A DNA stretch of 64,000 nt from an uncultured virus (IMG/VR IMGVR_UViG_3300006173_000005) (lineage: Duplodnaviria; Heunggongvirae; Uroviricota; Caudoviricetes), in the IMG/VR virus record IMGVR_UViG_3300006173_000005; one strand, given 5' to 3'. The translations under genes and the position numbers were made by a program. This document shows positions 39,283 to 50,163 of the stretch, in pieces (the stretch's first letter is position 1; each line of letters begins with the position of its first letter). The notes beneath the pieces were generated by a model. That model saw only the letters and a program-made list of their open reading frames with translations, made no database searches and was not told the origin of the DNA.

Positions 39283-40967
39283 TTACGTAACCTCATTTGA
39301 TTAGCCCAATCTAGTTTATCGTCGCGGTTGTTTCGTTTCTGTAGACCATCATTACCTATTGGTAATCGCTGTACTGCTTGGGGATTGCGCGAGTTTAGCT
39401 TATTTTGAGGGTATAGCCCTGTATGTGGAACAAATTGCATCGACGGCATCCCTCGACCAATACACATTTGCATCAGCGCCCATGCTACCGCCCTGTCGTC
39501 GTGCGCCCCTTCAGGGGCCGACAGTGGCTTAGGTGCATTGGGGTCTGGGTGCTGCGGGTCACCAGCGGCAATAGATTCGAGTTCAGTTTTGGTGTCAGGG
39601 TCATGAATGAGCTTAAAGGGTTCGCCGCCACCCTCGAATGCCTGCTCACGGAGCGCCTTGATAATTTTGACTGTGTTGTCATACATTGACACCTTAGACG
39701 CCGCGTTGGTGTGCCAGCCAGCCTGACCATCAGTGTATGTACCCAGCGTGATATGCGAATACTCTTTGCGCATCTCGGAGATGAACACCAGACCGTGATT
39801 ATTGCGTTCAGGCAGCACCTTTGCCCCGTTGTAGTACTCGGCAATTTCTGTCGCCAGTTTAGCAAGACGTTCAGGGATAACCTTTACCGCCAAGATTGCC
39901 ACCTGTTCACGGGTTTCGTTATCGCCTACTTGCACCACCGACCAGTCCGAATGTGGGTTACTTTGCGCAGGGTCTACTCCTAGCGAATACTTTCGTCCCG
40001 GTTCAGGGTGCTTAAAGATATGAAAATCGCTACTCGCCAAAATGTTGTAATCGGTCAGTGGTGTCCATTTTTCGTAGACGGCTTCGATGCTTCCCGGTGG
40101 AAACAGCTTATCGCTAGACCGTCCAGCGAGGGCTTCTGTGTCGGTAGATGGAAAGTGACTGATGAACTCATCCAATGACCCTGTAGCCGCAGCCTTAGCG
40201 CGTTCACGGTCATGTTCTTCCTGTGTTCTACCCGGTCTCGCCATCCAGCCGTAAAATACCGATACGGTCAGTGGGTCTGGGTTATCCCGTGCTTCAATAT
40301 ACGACTTCTGGAAGTAGGAGCCGTTTACCTCCGCATTACGAGTAGACAGCATTACGAGTTTGTTGCGTTTGCCGTCACGGATACCCGGTGCAGCAGAGTT
40401 ATAAAGCGCCTTACAGTTAAGCACATAATCCGCCTCATCGATCAGGACGAGGTTAGGGGAGCGTCCACGACCACCAGCGCTCCCCGGCGACACCGTATAA
40501 TCACTCTGGTTATCAAATTTAAGTTGATGGTTGTTGCTGGTATCAATACCCGGTCTGATCCAATCGGGAAGTTGCTGGTAAGCCCCTTCAAAGCGCTCAA
40601 GCACCGCCATTGCGTCATCGTCACGCTGCGAAAACATCACTACGCTAAAAATGGGATGGAATATCATTTCCCAGAGCGGTATTGCTACACATAGTAGCCA
40701 CGTAAAGCCCTCCTGACGCGCCTTAAGCACAAATAGGTACTTGTACTTCTGATATAGACGTACCGTATCTTCTTGGGCAGGCCAGAGATTGAATGGTATC
40801 CATGACATCGCATCATTGTCTAGGATTTTTACGTAAGTCTTGATGAAATAGATAGGGTCGGCGGCACATCTAGCCCATTCTGTCTCTTGTTGCGATTTAG
40901 AGGGTGGGCGCTTGCGTTTAGCGTTACGGGCGAGTGCCGCCTCGATGAGTTCTGAGTTATTGGGCAT
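39279..40967 (-). CDS. terL: Terminase large subunit
   Basis: VLKARQEGFT (Walker A), VLIDEAD (Walker B), GVDPA and HDDRAVA (nuclease). Confidence 0.95.
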   Translation of the reverse strand: MPNNSELIEAALARNAKRKRPPSKSQQETEWARCAADPIYFIKTYVKILDNDAMSWIPFNLWPAQEDTVRLYQKYKYLFVLKARQEGFTWLLCVAIPLWEMIFHPIFSVVMFSQRDDDAMAVLERFEGAYQQLPDWIRPGIDTSNNHQLKFDNQSDYTVSPGSAGGRGRSPNLVLIDEADYVLNCKALYNSAAPGIRDGKRNKLVMLSTRNAEVNGSYFQKSYIEARDNPDPLTVSVFYGWMARPGRTQEEHDRERAKAAATGSLDEFISHFPSTDTEALAGRSSDKLFPPGSIEAVYEKWTPLTDYNILASSDFHIFKHPEPGRKYSLGVDPAQSNPHSDWSVVQVGDNETREQVAILAVKVIPERLAKLATEIAEYYNGAKVLPERNNHGLVFISEMRKEYSHITLGTYTDGQAGWHTNAASKVSMYDNTVKIIKALREQAFEGGGEPFKLIHDPDTKTELESIAAGDPQHPDPNAPKPLSAPEGAHDDRAVAWALMQMCIGRGMPSMQFVPHTGLYPQNKLNSRNPQAVQRLPIGNDGLQKRNNRDDKLDWANQMRLRK

Positions 40968-41197
40968 TAGTCAACATTCTCGTATACTAACTCATCGCTC
41001 ACTCGTAACTGTTTCGATGCAGACTTCTTGATATTGCGCAGCGGTAAAGCCCCTTGTAATACTTCACGCGCCCATTTGGACGCCTGTCCACTGCGCGTCA
41101 AGAACTGCCAGTACTCCCAGATAAGCCGTTGGGCAGCATCGTCAAGGTCTAGCTCAATGCTAATCTTACCGACCTGTGACCGTCCCTCCCTACTCAT
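40967..41197 (-). CDS. RHH-like small protein, paralog of 42908-43189
   Basis: ISIELDL..AQRLIWEYW..ASKWAREVLQ..SASKQLRV; start MSREG. Confidence 0.65.
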   Translation of the reverse strand: MSREGRSQVGKISIELDLDDAAQRLIWEYWQFLTRSGQASKWAREVLQGALPLRNIKKSASKQLRVSDELVYENVD

Positions 41198-42907
41198 CCG
41201 TATCATCCCACTCGAAGTCGGCTTCGTCAAAACCCCAGTCGTCATCATCGAAATTAGGTTCGTCGCTATCGTCGGGGAGTTCAGGGGTAGCACTATCGGT
41301 CATGCGAGGAAATCTATCATAATCCCATACTGTTTTATTTTGAATGAGCTTTAAAGCTTCTTTGCCGTTCATTAGATGCTATCCTCCGTATAGTTTTCGC
41401 GTGGAAACCAATCCTTACGTATAGAGTCATACGGGTAATTGCGCTGCGGATTAGCAGGGTCAAAGGGCATCGGGATACCGCGAACATCAGCAGGAGTTGT
41501 AGCAGTTAAAGTGACGCTTGCTGTATCCGTAAAGCCCAATGGCTTGGTATCATCCTCATGACGACGTTTGTATTCGTCTATGACCGCTTGTGCGGCTTTA
41601 TTTAAGCACAACTTAGCAAAATCATCCAAGTGCTCCCATCGCTTTTCCCATTCGTCAGTCAAACTTGTATCATCTATCGTTTCAAACAATATTTGTCCGT
41701 AAGATTTATCGCTGTCACTCATCGACGCCTACCTTTATATACTTATCTTGAGCATCAGACCATACCCATGAACCATAATCGTTCTCAAAGTACCGAGGCT
41801 GGTCATCTTGCGTTTTAGCGCTGGATACAATGTGACCAATAACGATTTCGATGCTATGCTGAAACTCATCCTGATACTCTTTGGGTATATTGTCCCAATC
41901 GCATCCATACCACGCTAACGCTTCATCCGTCGAAATGGCATTCCATACAGTTTCACCGAGCGATTTCACTATTTACCTCGCTATTATGATAGATTCGATA
42001 AGCATAAGTACACCCCACACTATCAACGCAACTGCGGTTGCTTTCACGAATATCCATAAAATAGAGTAATCCACGTTCTTGTTTATGTATTTCCCCCCAG
42101 TCTTTATAAGACGCAATTTTAATGGAGCGCGCTTATTGGGCGGTTCAATATTCACTGTTTACCTCGCTATCATATGCTGAATAACCAACAGTATCATATA
42201 CACTAGACCACCACCTGTAAACGCTATCCCTAGCGCCATAACGAGCTTCCATATCGTCCATGAACCATAATATCGCTGGCGAACATCATCATTGGCGTAT
42301 ATGTAACCCGATGGTTTATGTTCAGCAGGAATAGGCTCTGGCGGCGATGTTCGCTGCCCCATATCAGCAATCCTTTCACTCTCAATTGGATGCGGCTTGT
42401 CATCTGGTGGCGGATTAGGTGGAACGTAACCCATTACTTACCTCTTTGCTGCTCAATAAGCTCATCAATATGTTCTATTTCTCGCTCAATCACCCTAATA
42501 TTTCTGCGAGTGCGGATAATATCAACTATCCCAGAAACACTGAATACGATACACACGATAATGACCATCACGTAAAATAGGTTATCCATTATTCAACCTC
42601 TCCTTCGCGGCATCATTCAAATCCTCTAACTTAAATTTCATCGGTGGCGGTGGATTGTAGTTAATCATCGGCGTAACATAAAACACCATCAACTTGCTCA
42701 ATCCATCAGTAAATGCTTCAGTGTAGGTGGTGTAATTGAATTCACCTGACCCATTAGCCTCGTAGAGCTTCCATATGCCGTTGTACTCAAATATCCACCA
42801 TCCGCACTTAATGAGACGTTCATTGAACGCTTGACATACTTCCCTGAACCGAGCACCGTCAACCATTAGTTCTTTGGCGGATACCAGTATTTCGCTGTCA
42901 TTATCCA

Positions 42908-43189
42908 TCATTCAATATCCTCATAAGTCGGATCGTCCTGCACCCGCAGTTGTTTCGATGCAGAATGCGCAGGGCTATAGGGTACAGCACTCGTATTTCT
43001 TGGATTCCGATACGGATTAGCTATATTCAACAGTGGCAATCCTTTCTGTAGTACATCGCGTACCCACTGCGAGGCTTCACCCTTTTGGGTTAGTGATGAC
43101 CAGTGCTCCCATATCATCTTCTGTGCAGGATCACTGAGGTCAAGCTCTATCGTTATCCTGCATATATCTATTCGAGGTACTCTAGGCAT
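42908..43189 (-). CDS. RHH-like small protein, paralog of 40967-41197
   Basis: ITIELDL..AQKMIWEHW..ASQWVRDVLQ..SASKQLRV. Confidence 0.65.
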   Translation of the reverse strand: MPRVPRIDICRITIELDLSDPAQKMIWEHWSSLTQKGEASQWVRDVLQKGLPLLNIANPYRNPRNTSAVPYSPAHSASKQLRVQDDPTYEDIE

Positions 43190-43204
43190 TAGGGTTTCTC
43201 ATGT

Positions 43205-43268
43205 GGTTATCATACTCCCATCATACGGTTAGAATACTATGATAACCGATTGATAACCCATTGGTCAA
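43205..43268 (-). promoter_or_regulatory. Promoter with three GGTTATCA operator-like boxes
   Basis: GGTTATCATA 43205-14 inverted against TATGATAACC 43238-47, plus TGATAACC 43251-58; TTGACC-18-TATCAT. Confidence 0.55.
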
Positions 43269-43289
43269 TGTAGGGACGCTCATGAAATA

Positions 43290-43802
43290 TCAAACGGTTG
43301 GTTTTTCGAGTCGCTTAAACACAGCAGTCGTGTTTACTCCATTGTTCATTTCTTCATCACAGTAACAATCCGAAAGGTTGACGTATTCTATCGACATCGT
43401 ATTAAACCGTCCCCTTCTTACTTGACATACGAATAATTGATCTCCACTACCTCGCCAGTTCGTTTCGTAGCGCTGATACCCCAGATACAGCCCATACGCC
43501 TTCGGTCTTCCCTTCGTCCATTTATCATCAGGGATAATCAAACTGTCCAATACCGCTTGCCCCTCTGGCGATATACTATGTATCCACTTAAATCCGTTGG
43601 CGTTATCCCAATTGAACAGTCCATTGTCGATTATAGCGCGTCTCGCATCCCCCAGTAGTCTTAAATCATCAGGATAGCCATCGTTGACTACCGTCCTCGG
43701 ACAGGGTTGCAATTCCTTGATGCGATACAGCGCAATAATTACTGTATCAAACCATTCATCAGCTAATTCTACTACTACCCCATTCTCATTGGTCGTTAAC
43801 AT
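43290..43802 (-). CDS. Hypothetical protein
   Basis: RBS AAGGAG. Confidence 0.65.
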   Translation of the reverse strand: MLTTNENGVVVELADEWFDTVIIALYRIKELQPCPRTVVNDGYPDDLRLLGDARRAIIDNGLFNWDNANGFKWIHSISPEGQAVLDSLIIPDDKWTKGRPKAYGLYLGYQRYETNWRGSGDQLFVCQVRRGRFNTMSIEYVNLSDCYCDEEMNNGVNTTAVFKRLEKPTV

Positions 43803-44018
43803 GAAAGACTCCTTTGTAAATTTTTGTGAAAATCTAGTGTGGGGTCACGGTAAAACCCATCCCCGGGTTCTTAGACACAAGATTACTTGACTATTACCTA
43901 CTTGGTATCTAATATTGGTAATATCACAACTTTGTGGTACAATACACCTATCGCATAATCACCACAGGATATAAAAGGTATCCTGTGGTGCAAGTAACAC
44001 AGATAGGATGTATTACCA

Positions 44019-44459
44019 ATGGATAGTTTACCACAATCTCAACCTTCGGATGATATAGACGACAATGATTTGTTTGGTCACCTACTAACCGAAGCCGTTC
44101 CCATAATCAAGGCTGTGCCGAGTGAAGCCAAACGATTGTATGTGTATGATCGTGAGAGCCAATTGGATAGCAAACCGGATACATTCACGCCAAAACAATA
44201 TCGTTATTGTTTCGACTATTGGCATAATGCTTGCTGTTTATGTGGGAGTGATGACCATTTACAACTCGACCATTGGATACCTGTAATCTCAAATAACTTC
44301 CCTGGTACGATTGTAGATAACATGCTTCCTCTGTGCCGTGACTGCAATATAGGTAAATCCAACTATGAACCTAAGCAATGGGTAATCAAACGATTCGGTA
44401 AGGGTAAGCTCAAACAAATCGAGGATTATCTTAAACTGGCTAGATTGTGTAATTGGTAG
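44019..44459 (+). CDS. HNH endonuclease
   Basis: CCLCG...LDHWIP...NMLPLCRDCNIGK. Confidence 0.9.
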   Translation: MDSLPQSQPSDDIDDNDLFGHLLTEAVPIIKAVPSEAKRLYVYDRESQLDSKPDTFTPKQYRYCFDYWHNACCLCGSDDHLQLDHWIPVISNNFPGTIVDNMLPLCRDCNIGKSNYEPKQWVIKRFGKGKLKQIEDYLKLARLCNW

Positions 44460-44511
44460 AACATGTATTCGCTTACTTTTAATTAGCGTTATATTGGTGA
44501 TTATCACGAAT

Positions 44512-44562
44512 AAAACAACCGTTCTAAATGACAGTATAACTAGCGTCAGTCGGTTGTTTTTT
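44512..44562. terminator. Bidirectional terminator
   Basis: AAAACAACCG...CGGTTGTTTTTT. Confidence 0.6.
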
Positions 44563-44602
44563 ACAAGTCTTTATATTATCACTTCTAATTGTCTGGGAAT
44601 TG

Positions 44603-45181
44603 TCAAGATTTTTCAATATCCGTAAAACTTTGCTCATTTCGCGCTTTGGCGAGACGCTGATCTCTGAGCGTATCTCGATAATCATTTATCATCTCAATGC
44701 TATCAAATCCAGATAGCTCGCACTCATTATGGAATAGCTTCCAAGCCTGTATCATCTCCGGCGTAAGACCGGACATTTTTTCTATCTTATCCCATAGTAT
44801 CCCGAAGGTAACAAACCGCTGCTGCAAGGTAGCATTAGCGATAGAGTTATCATCTTTAGTAGTATCAACAATGCGAGACATTAAGTCTTGCATATCCTGC
44901 AAGTGTAGCGCTTTTGTTTCCGCTACTACCTGAGGGATATTGACAGGTTGTTTGGCTAGACTATTATCGGCTGTCTCAACCTTATCCCCATAATTATCCC
45001 ACCAATGCTTCATGGTATAGGTTGATACGTTACGACCTAATAACTTGCGAACAGCTTCTATGCTGGCGTTGGTCGCCATGCCTCCGTGTAGTTTCATCGT
45101 AGTCACGGCACGTATTTTGTCCTGTTCGCTGTACGGGCCTTGATGGGTAATAGGTCGTGTGCGTTTTGGGTCTTTGGTCAC
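44603..45181 (-). CDS. Putative terminase small subunit (HTH N-terminus)
   Basis: YSEQDKIRA...AVRKLLGRNVSTYTMKHW HTH then helices; first gene of late strand. Confidence 0.5.
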   Translation of the reverse strand: MTKDPKRTRPITHQGPYSEQDKIRAVTTMKLHGGMATNASIEAVRKLLGRNVSTYTMKHWWDNYGDKVETADNSLAKQPVNIPQVVAETKALHLQDMQDLMSRIVDTTKDDNSIANATLQQRFVTFGILWDKIEKMSGLTPEMIQAWKLFHNECELSGFDSIEMINDYRDTLRDQRLAKARNEQSFTDIEKS

Positions 45182-45342
45182 GTTTGGACGTTCACCTTAT
45201 TATCACTTACTAAAAGTAGCTTACCTACAAATATTGTATCACGATTATTCTGTAATATGCAAATTAATTTCAGATGATCATCTTATGCTCATTCAATGAT
45301 AACCGTATTCAATTATCCCCTCAACCTGTTATGTTTTCGTTA

Positions 45343-45379
45343 TTGACAACTAATCATAGTGGATATATACTAGTAATCA
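45343..45379 (+). promoter_or_regulatory. Early promoter P1
   Basis: TTGACA-17-TATACT followed by AGTAATCA. Confidence 0.85.
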
Positions 45380-45410
45380 TAGTCAAATAAACAAGGTAAC
45401 AGGGTGTTCT

Positions 45411-45599
45411 ATGTCTAAGCTCTCTGAACTGAACCAAGCCAATAAACGTATCGCTGAAAAACTCTCAACTGGCAAGTTTAAGGATACTGGCGTTAAGTAT
45501 AGTGCGGAACAAGCAGTGGCCGATCATATCAATCCTGCCCTACGCTTGACTGCACAAACATCAACCAATGGTCAATTAACATGGAAACAAGGTAGCTAA
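45411..45599 (+). CDS. Small early protein
   Basis: First ORF after P1. Confidence 0.65.
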   Translation: MSKLSELNQANKRIAEKLSTGKFKDTGVKYSAEQAVADHINPALRLTAQTSTNGQLTWKQGS

Positions 45600-45601
45600 C
45601 A

Positions 45602-45850
45602 ATGAACAACAAATATTTCTGCCCTTGCTGTGGACATTTTTACGGTCAAGATGATAGCGATGGGCATATCGGCGTTGATAAGATGATTAGAGTACGGGAT
45701 AACAGCATCGTACTTATGCTTACATGCTGGAATAGCGATTGTACTTTAAACACAGCAACAACAACCATACGCAGTCTTGAGAATGGCGATTTATGCGAAC
45801 GCTTTGAGTGTTGCGAATCGTTTGATTATCAGACCGGATTATCTAAATAA
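45602..45850 (+). CDS. Cys-rich zinc-ribbon-like early protein
   Basis: CPCCG...CWNSDC. Confidence 0.6.
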   Translation: MNNKYFCPCCGHFYGQDDSDGHIGVDKMIRVRDNSIVLMLTCWNSDCTLNTATTTIRSLENGDLCERFECCESFDYQTGLSK

Positions 45851-46000
45851 GGTCGTGATATGAACAGAAAACAGCGTCGGGCAGTTCTACACAGTCAATT
45901 GGTTGTCAAGCGATACATAGCCCAAAACTCTATGTATCATGCGTGGGAAGTTGCCCTACACCATTTGTCAAACCTTTATGGTCATAAGGATTTATAAATC

Positions 46001-46660
46001 ATGTATAACAAACCGGATGAATTCGCTAACCTAGAGGAAACACTTATCCATTGGAAGTATCAATATGAGCGCTATCATACAACGCGATTGCGATCATGGC
46101 GGACGATTACAGGTAAATGGATTGATCCCGCTTGCTTGTTTCAATTGGTAGAACTTGGACTAGCTACAGTCAAACTATTTAACGATATGTGGCTAGACAA
46201 TCAATTCTATTTAACCGACTTAACCCCATTGGTTGATCCCGATAACGACTATTGGTGGCAAAACGACAATAACGATTATCCACGCGATACAGTTGAGTAT
46301 ATTGTCTATCTTGAGCCGCGTGTATGGGGCAAAAGACGCCAATTAGCCATTAATCTAATCTACGATCTAGGCAATGGTCATAATCCCCTAGATCGTATCA
46401 ATTCAGGATTTTATGACATTGTACTGGATGCTGATATTTATCAATTCATCATGACCGAAGTCAAGCCGTTTAACGAAACATTGCAATCTAATCTTGCCTG
46501 GTCGAGTATTCAACGTGAAATAGGCGAATTGAACCAAAAAACCGCTGACGTATATGCCTTAACTGATAATTTCAAATTAGAAGCTAATAAGCTATCGAAT
46601 TGGCGCAAGTCCCTGATAGATACAATGCTAATTTTGGTTTATGGGCGCAGCGATAACTAG
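46001..46660 (+). CDS. Hypothetical early protein
   Basis: RBS AAGGA. Confidence 0.65.
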   Translation: MYNKPDEFANLEETLIHWKYQYERYHTTRLRSWRTITGKWIDPACLFQLVELGLATVKLFNDMWLDNQFYLTDLTPLVDPDNDYWWQNDNNDYPRDTVEYIVYLEPRVWGKRRQLAINLIYDLGNGHNPLDRINSGFYDIVLDADIYQFIMTEVKPFNETLQSNLAWSSIQREIGELNQKTADVYALTDNFKLEANKLSNWRKSLIDTMLILVYGRSDN

Positions 46661-46683
46661 GTAGTACTTTAGTACCAATTCTA

Positions 46684-46720
46684 TTGACAACCAATCAAGA
46701 GCACTTTATACTAGTAATCA
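46684..46720 (+). promoter_or_regulatory. Early promoter P2
   Basis: TTGACA-17-TATACT AGTAATCA. Confidence 0.85.
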
Positions 46721-46757
46721 TAGTAAGGTTGATGATTAATAAGGAATAAGGTGTTCT

Positions 46758-46919
46758 ATGTCTAAGCGCTCACTGTTCAAGATGATTTTAGCGGTTGCAG
46801 AACTAGACCGCGAATTCGCAATCTTTTACATCGAATCTGCGATCAAACAAGCTGATATTTGCCCCGATGAAAACGTTAGCTATTACCATGAGCTATTAGC
46901 GCTCATTGAGGGTAATTAA
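46758..46919 (+). CDS. 53-aa early protein (below ORF-track cutoff)
   Basis: MSKRSLFKM...; start context GGTGTTCTATGTCTAAGC identical to gene at 45411. Confidence 0.7.
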   Translation: MSKRSLFKMILAVAELDREFAIFYIESAIKQADICPDENVSYYHELLALIEGN

Positions 46920-46924
46920 CCAAT

Positions 46925-47221
46925 ATGACACAATCACAGCGTGCTTTACTTGCAGTGGCGGATATGACACAAGGTGAGTATCTAACCTATCTTGAAGATG
47001 AGTACATGATGCTGCTAAAGAGTAGCAATCCTTATCAGGCAATGGATAGCCTAATCGAATTATCCTCATTTATTGCTCGCATTGAGGATATTACACCAAA
47101 GCAGTTTAACCACTATCGCAAGTTGTATTTACAGGAGAATCCGTATACACAAATCGAGGTTATCGCCAGTCCATTGCCAATTGCAGAAGAATCAACCGAA
47201 GTGCAGTTAAGTTTATTCTAA
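46925..47221 (+). CDS. Hypothetical early protein
   Basis: C-terminus QLSLF resembles a sliding-clamp-binding motif. Confidence 0.6.
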   Translation: MTQSQRALLAVADMTQGEYLTYLEDEYMMLLKSSNPYQAMDSLIELSSFIARIEDITPKQFNHYRKLYLQENPYTQIEVIASPLPIAEESTEVQLSLF

Positions 47222-47307
47222 ATTTAACGGAATAGGCCATAAGTGAGGACTTATGGCTTAACCCGTGCAATTTAGCACGATAAGCAAAGTATGAGGGAAT
47301 AACTATC

Positions 47308-47796
47308 ATGTCTTACTCAAGTAAAGTTAACAACTGGCGTCGTGAATTTATGGACAAGTTCGGAAAAATGGCGGTGAAATATACTCCATATACTGAACAT
47401 GGCAATCTGATCGCCTACGATCAAGCGCGGGAAGTGGCTAAATTGATTATGCGTCATGCTGCTACTCACCAACGATTGCAAGAGGAAGAATGCAACGGCG
47501 TTGATTTTATGGCCCCATATTCATCAGCCTATATGCTGAATCTATACAATAATGATCGCCCCGCTCATACAGCGCTTATGGCAAAAATTTCACAGCGCTA
47601 TGATCGTTGGGAGAAACGTCTACAGCACCGCCAAGAACTAATTGAACGTCGTATCTTGCAACTTGCTGCACAATTTGGATTTAGTGCTGTGTTTGAAGGC
47701 GATCCACGCGGGGCAACCGTCAAAATCATATTTCCCGATGGGTCATACGATGACTCTGCACATGAGGGCTGGTGCGTTCCGACCAATAATCGATAA
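47308..47796 (+). CDS. Conserved phage hypothetical (GDPRG family)
   Basis: ECNG...FEGDPRG motif. Confidence 0.65.
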   Translation: MSYSSKVNNWRREFMDKFGKMAVKYTPYTEHGNLIAYDQAREVAKLIMRHAATHQRLQEEECNGVDFMAPYSSAYMLNLYNNDRPAHTALMAKISQRYDRWEKRLQHRQELIERRILQLAAQFGFSAVFEGDPRGATVKIIFPDGSYDDSAHEGWCVPTNNR

Positions 47797-47875
47797 TCTC
47801 GTTTAATCCCTCACACACTGCGCATTAAGGTAATAGTGCGCAGTAGTGAGCGAATAAGCATAAGGATAACGCACC

Positions 47876-48232
47876 ATGACCACCAACGATATTGAAATTT
47901 TAGCCCTAGCCTATAAAGCCTCTCAAGCATGGCGCGAATATGCTGCAATGCGTGCTATCGTGGATCGGGCAGAAGAGTATATGAATTCAATTCCATTGCT
48001 AAATAATCCTAAAGACAATTTTGATGAATACGAAGCTGCATACAATATCTTGTGCGATTTTAGGGTAACACTAGACTGCTACGCCAGTGTGCGCGATAAC
48101 GCTTTTCTTAACTGGCGTCACAAACTGCCAGAGATGAATAGTTTCATCGCTTACAATCGCTGTAACACAATGGCGCGACAATATGAAACACTGCTACAAA
48201 ACAGCTATCTACAGTTTATCAAGTCGGTTTAA
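47876..48232 (+). CDS. Hypothetical early protein
   Basis: RBS AAGGA. Confidence 0.6.
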   Translation: MTTNDIEILALAYKASQAWREYAAMRAIVDRAEEYMNSIPLLNNPKDNFDEYEAAYNILCDFRVTLDCYASVRDNAFLNWRHKLPEMNSFIAYNRCNTMARQYETLLQNSYLQFIKSV

Positions 48233-48544
48233 GGACTATACGCTCATGTATAAGCAGATTTATAAAAATCAATATGGTATGCACCGCAAAAATAAGACGC
48301 TATGTACTCCTGATGATAGCTGCCCTGTTGGTGGACGTAGTAACTTACATCACGTTATGCAAGCTGCTTATAAAACCTATGTATACGAGCGCTGTTATCT
48401 GTGTGATCCACTAACTTTTATGGATCGTTATCCGGTTGAGTACATTAAGCAGCACATGGACTATTTCAAGCAAGAAATTAGAAACACTTATCAGCTATCC
48501 AATAGCTTCAAGTATAGCAAAGCAGCACAAGGATAAGGTGTACT

Positions 48545-49633
48545 ATGTCTCAGGTGGAATTAAAACAAGTAAACATATCAGATGTTCGAATCCGGTTTAA
48601 CTACCGAGAAGAATATAATCAAGAATTCCTCTCATGGTTAACTGATCAAATTGCCACTAAGGGTTTTAATCCCGCTAAACCATTGGACGTTTACCTTGAA
48701 GACGGTATCTACTGGATTGTAGATGGCAATACGCGCTATACAGCCGCTATGCGTGTCGCACTAGCAAAGCCCTATACACTCTATCCAGAATGTCCCATAT
48801 GGGTAGCTGTACGCCGACATAAGCCTAGCGACGCTGAATTTGCACTATACAGCGCGCAGGGCAACGAAACTAACCGTGAGGTTGATATTGTCTCTCAAGC
48901 AAAGAATTATCAACGCATCCTAGACGGCGGTCTGACCATTGCCGATATTTGTAAGCAACTAAACCACACGACTACCTATGTTGAAGATAGACTTGCTATC
49001 CTTAAACTGGCAGATGGTATTCAGGATTATGTCAAAAAAGGCAGTTTAACTATTAAGTTTGCCGTAACCATGTCCAAGCTAAATTTCAACCGCCAATGGA
49101 TTGCATTTAAGGCTTACAACTTACGCAATCTCAAACTGTGCGATTTTGAAGATATGGTCAACGATTTATACATGCAGCAAGAAAAAGAGAATCAAAAAGA
49201 CTTCTTTGGTCTGATGTCAATTGAAGAAATAGAGGCAAAAGCGCAAGAACTCGCCAGCACTATACAGACCACCAAGACACCAAAGATCAGCGACTTAGAA
49301 GCACAGCTAGAGCTAGAGCGCAAAGCACGGCTAGAGGCTGAACAAAAAGCACTAGCCGAAGCACAGGAGCGCGAACGCATCTATAAGGCTGGCGAACAGC
49401 TATACAATCGCTATACAGCCCTGCTTAAAGAATTCGAGTACCAAAAGACTACACTCAATCTACTCGAAGTCCATAACGCAGCACTTGAGATACAACTAGA
49501 GACACCAAAATCGAAATCTACCAAACGCACCAGCAAAGCTAAACAGGCTTCTCTCAATTTCGACGAGATGACAGAAGAAGAAAAGATTAAGTTTATCGTC
49601 AACAATCCAGACCTAATCAATCCGAAGGACTAA
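48545..49633 (+). CDS. ParB/Srx-domain protein with HTH and coiled coil
   Basis: NYRE, PLDV, WIVDGNTRYTAA, N..R.V...QAKNYQRIL..G.T..DI...L. Confidence 0.85.
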   Translation: MSQVELKQVNISDVRIRFNYREEYNQEFLSWLTDQIATKGFNPAKPLDVYLEDGIYWIVDGNTRYTAAMRVALAKPYTLYPECPIWVAVRRHKPSDAEFALYSAQGNETNREVDIVSQAKNYQRILDGGLTIADICKQLNHTTTYVEDRLAILKLADGIQDYVKKGSLTIKFAVTMSKLNFNRQWIAFKAYNLRNLKLCDFEDMVNDLYMQQEKENQKDFFGLMSIEEIEAKAQELASTIQTTKTPKISDLEAQLELERKARLEAEQKALAEAQERERIYKAGEQLYNRYTALLKEFEYQKTTLNLLEVHNAALEIQLETPKSKSTKRTSKAKQASLNFDEMTEEEKIKFIVNNPDLINPKD

Positions 49634-49639
49634 ACTATC

Positions 49640-50143
49640 ATGACCACCACATTACTACTACCCGCTACAGCCTCACGCACCAAACACGAACGCCGGATGA
49701 TTCTTTGGGCGCTTGCCAAAGCTGGCAATAACGTCAAAGGTAATAGTCCACGCCAGTACGATACAAATTGTCATTATCCTGTTATTTATCTGCCTGCGCC
49801 TATACAGCCTATCAGCGACGATCCATTTGAATCCGATGAAGCTGATATCGTAGCGACCTACGATGGGGCTTATTGCAGCATCCGCGTACTTATCGGTAGA
49901 CTGCTGCCACAAAGCACCCAAAACGCTCTCTTTACTCGCATCGGTACAATTGGCTCTCATATCGCCCGATGCACCGTTAATCTGTCCACAAACGCCAATA
50001 ACACCGTACTGGTTATTACACCTAACAAAACTATACAGGCCCGTGAAATCGACACCCTAAAAGCACTGGCGGTTTCCGTTGTACGTGGCTTTATCATTGA
50101 ACTCGATAACACACCTGTCGCTATACAGACCAGTCTATTCTAA
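49640..50143 (+). CDS. Hypothetical early protein
   Basis: RBS AAGGA; ends QTSLF. Confidence 0.6.
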   Translation: MTTTLLLPATASRTKHERRMILWALAKAGNNVKGNSPRQYDTNCHYPVIYLPAPIQPISDDPFESDEADIVATYDGAYCSIRVLIGRLLPQSTQNALFTRIGTIGSHIARCTVNLSTNANNTVLVITPNKTIQAREIDTLKALAVSVVRGFIIELDNTPVAIQTSLF

Positions 50144-50163
50144 GTTGTAACCATTGGCGACAG

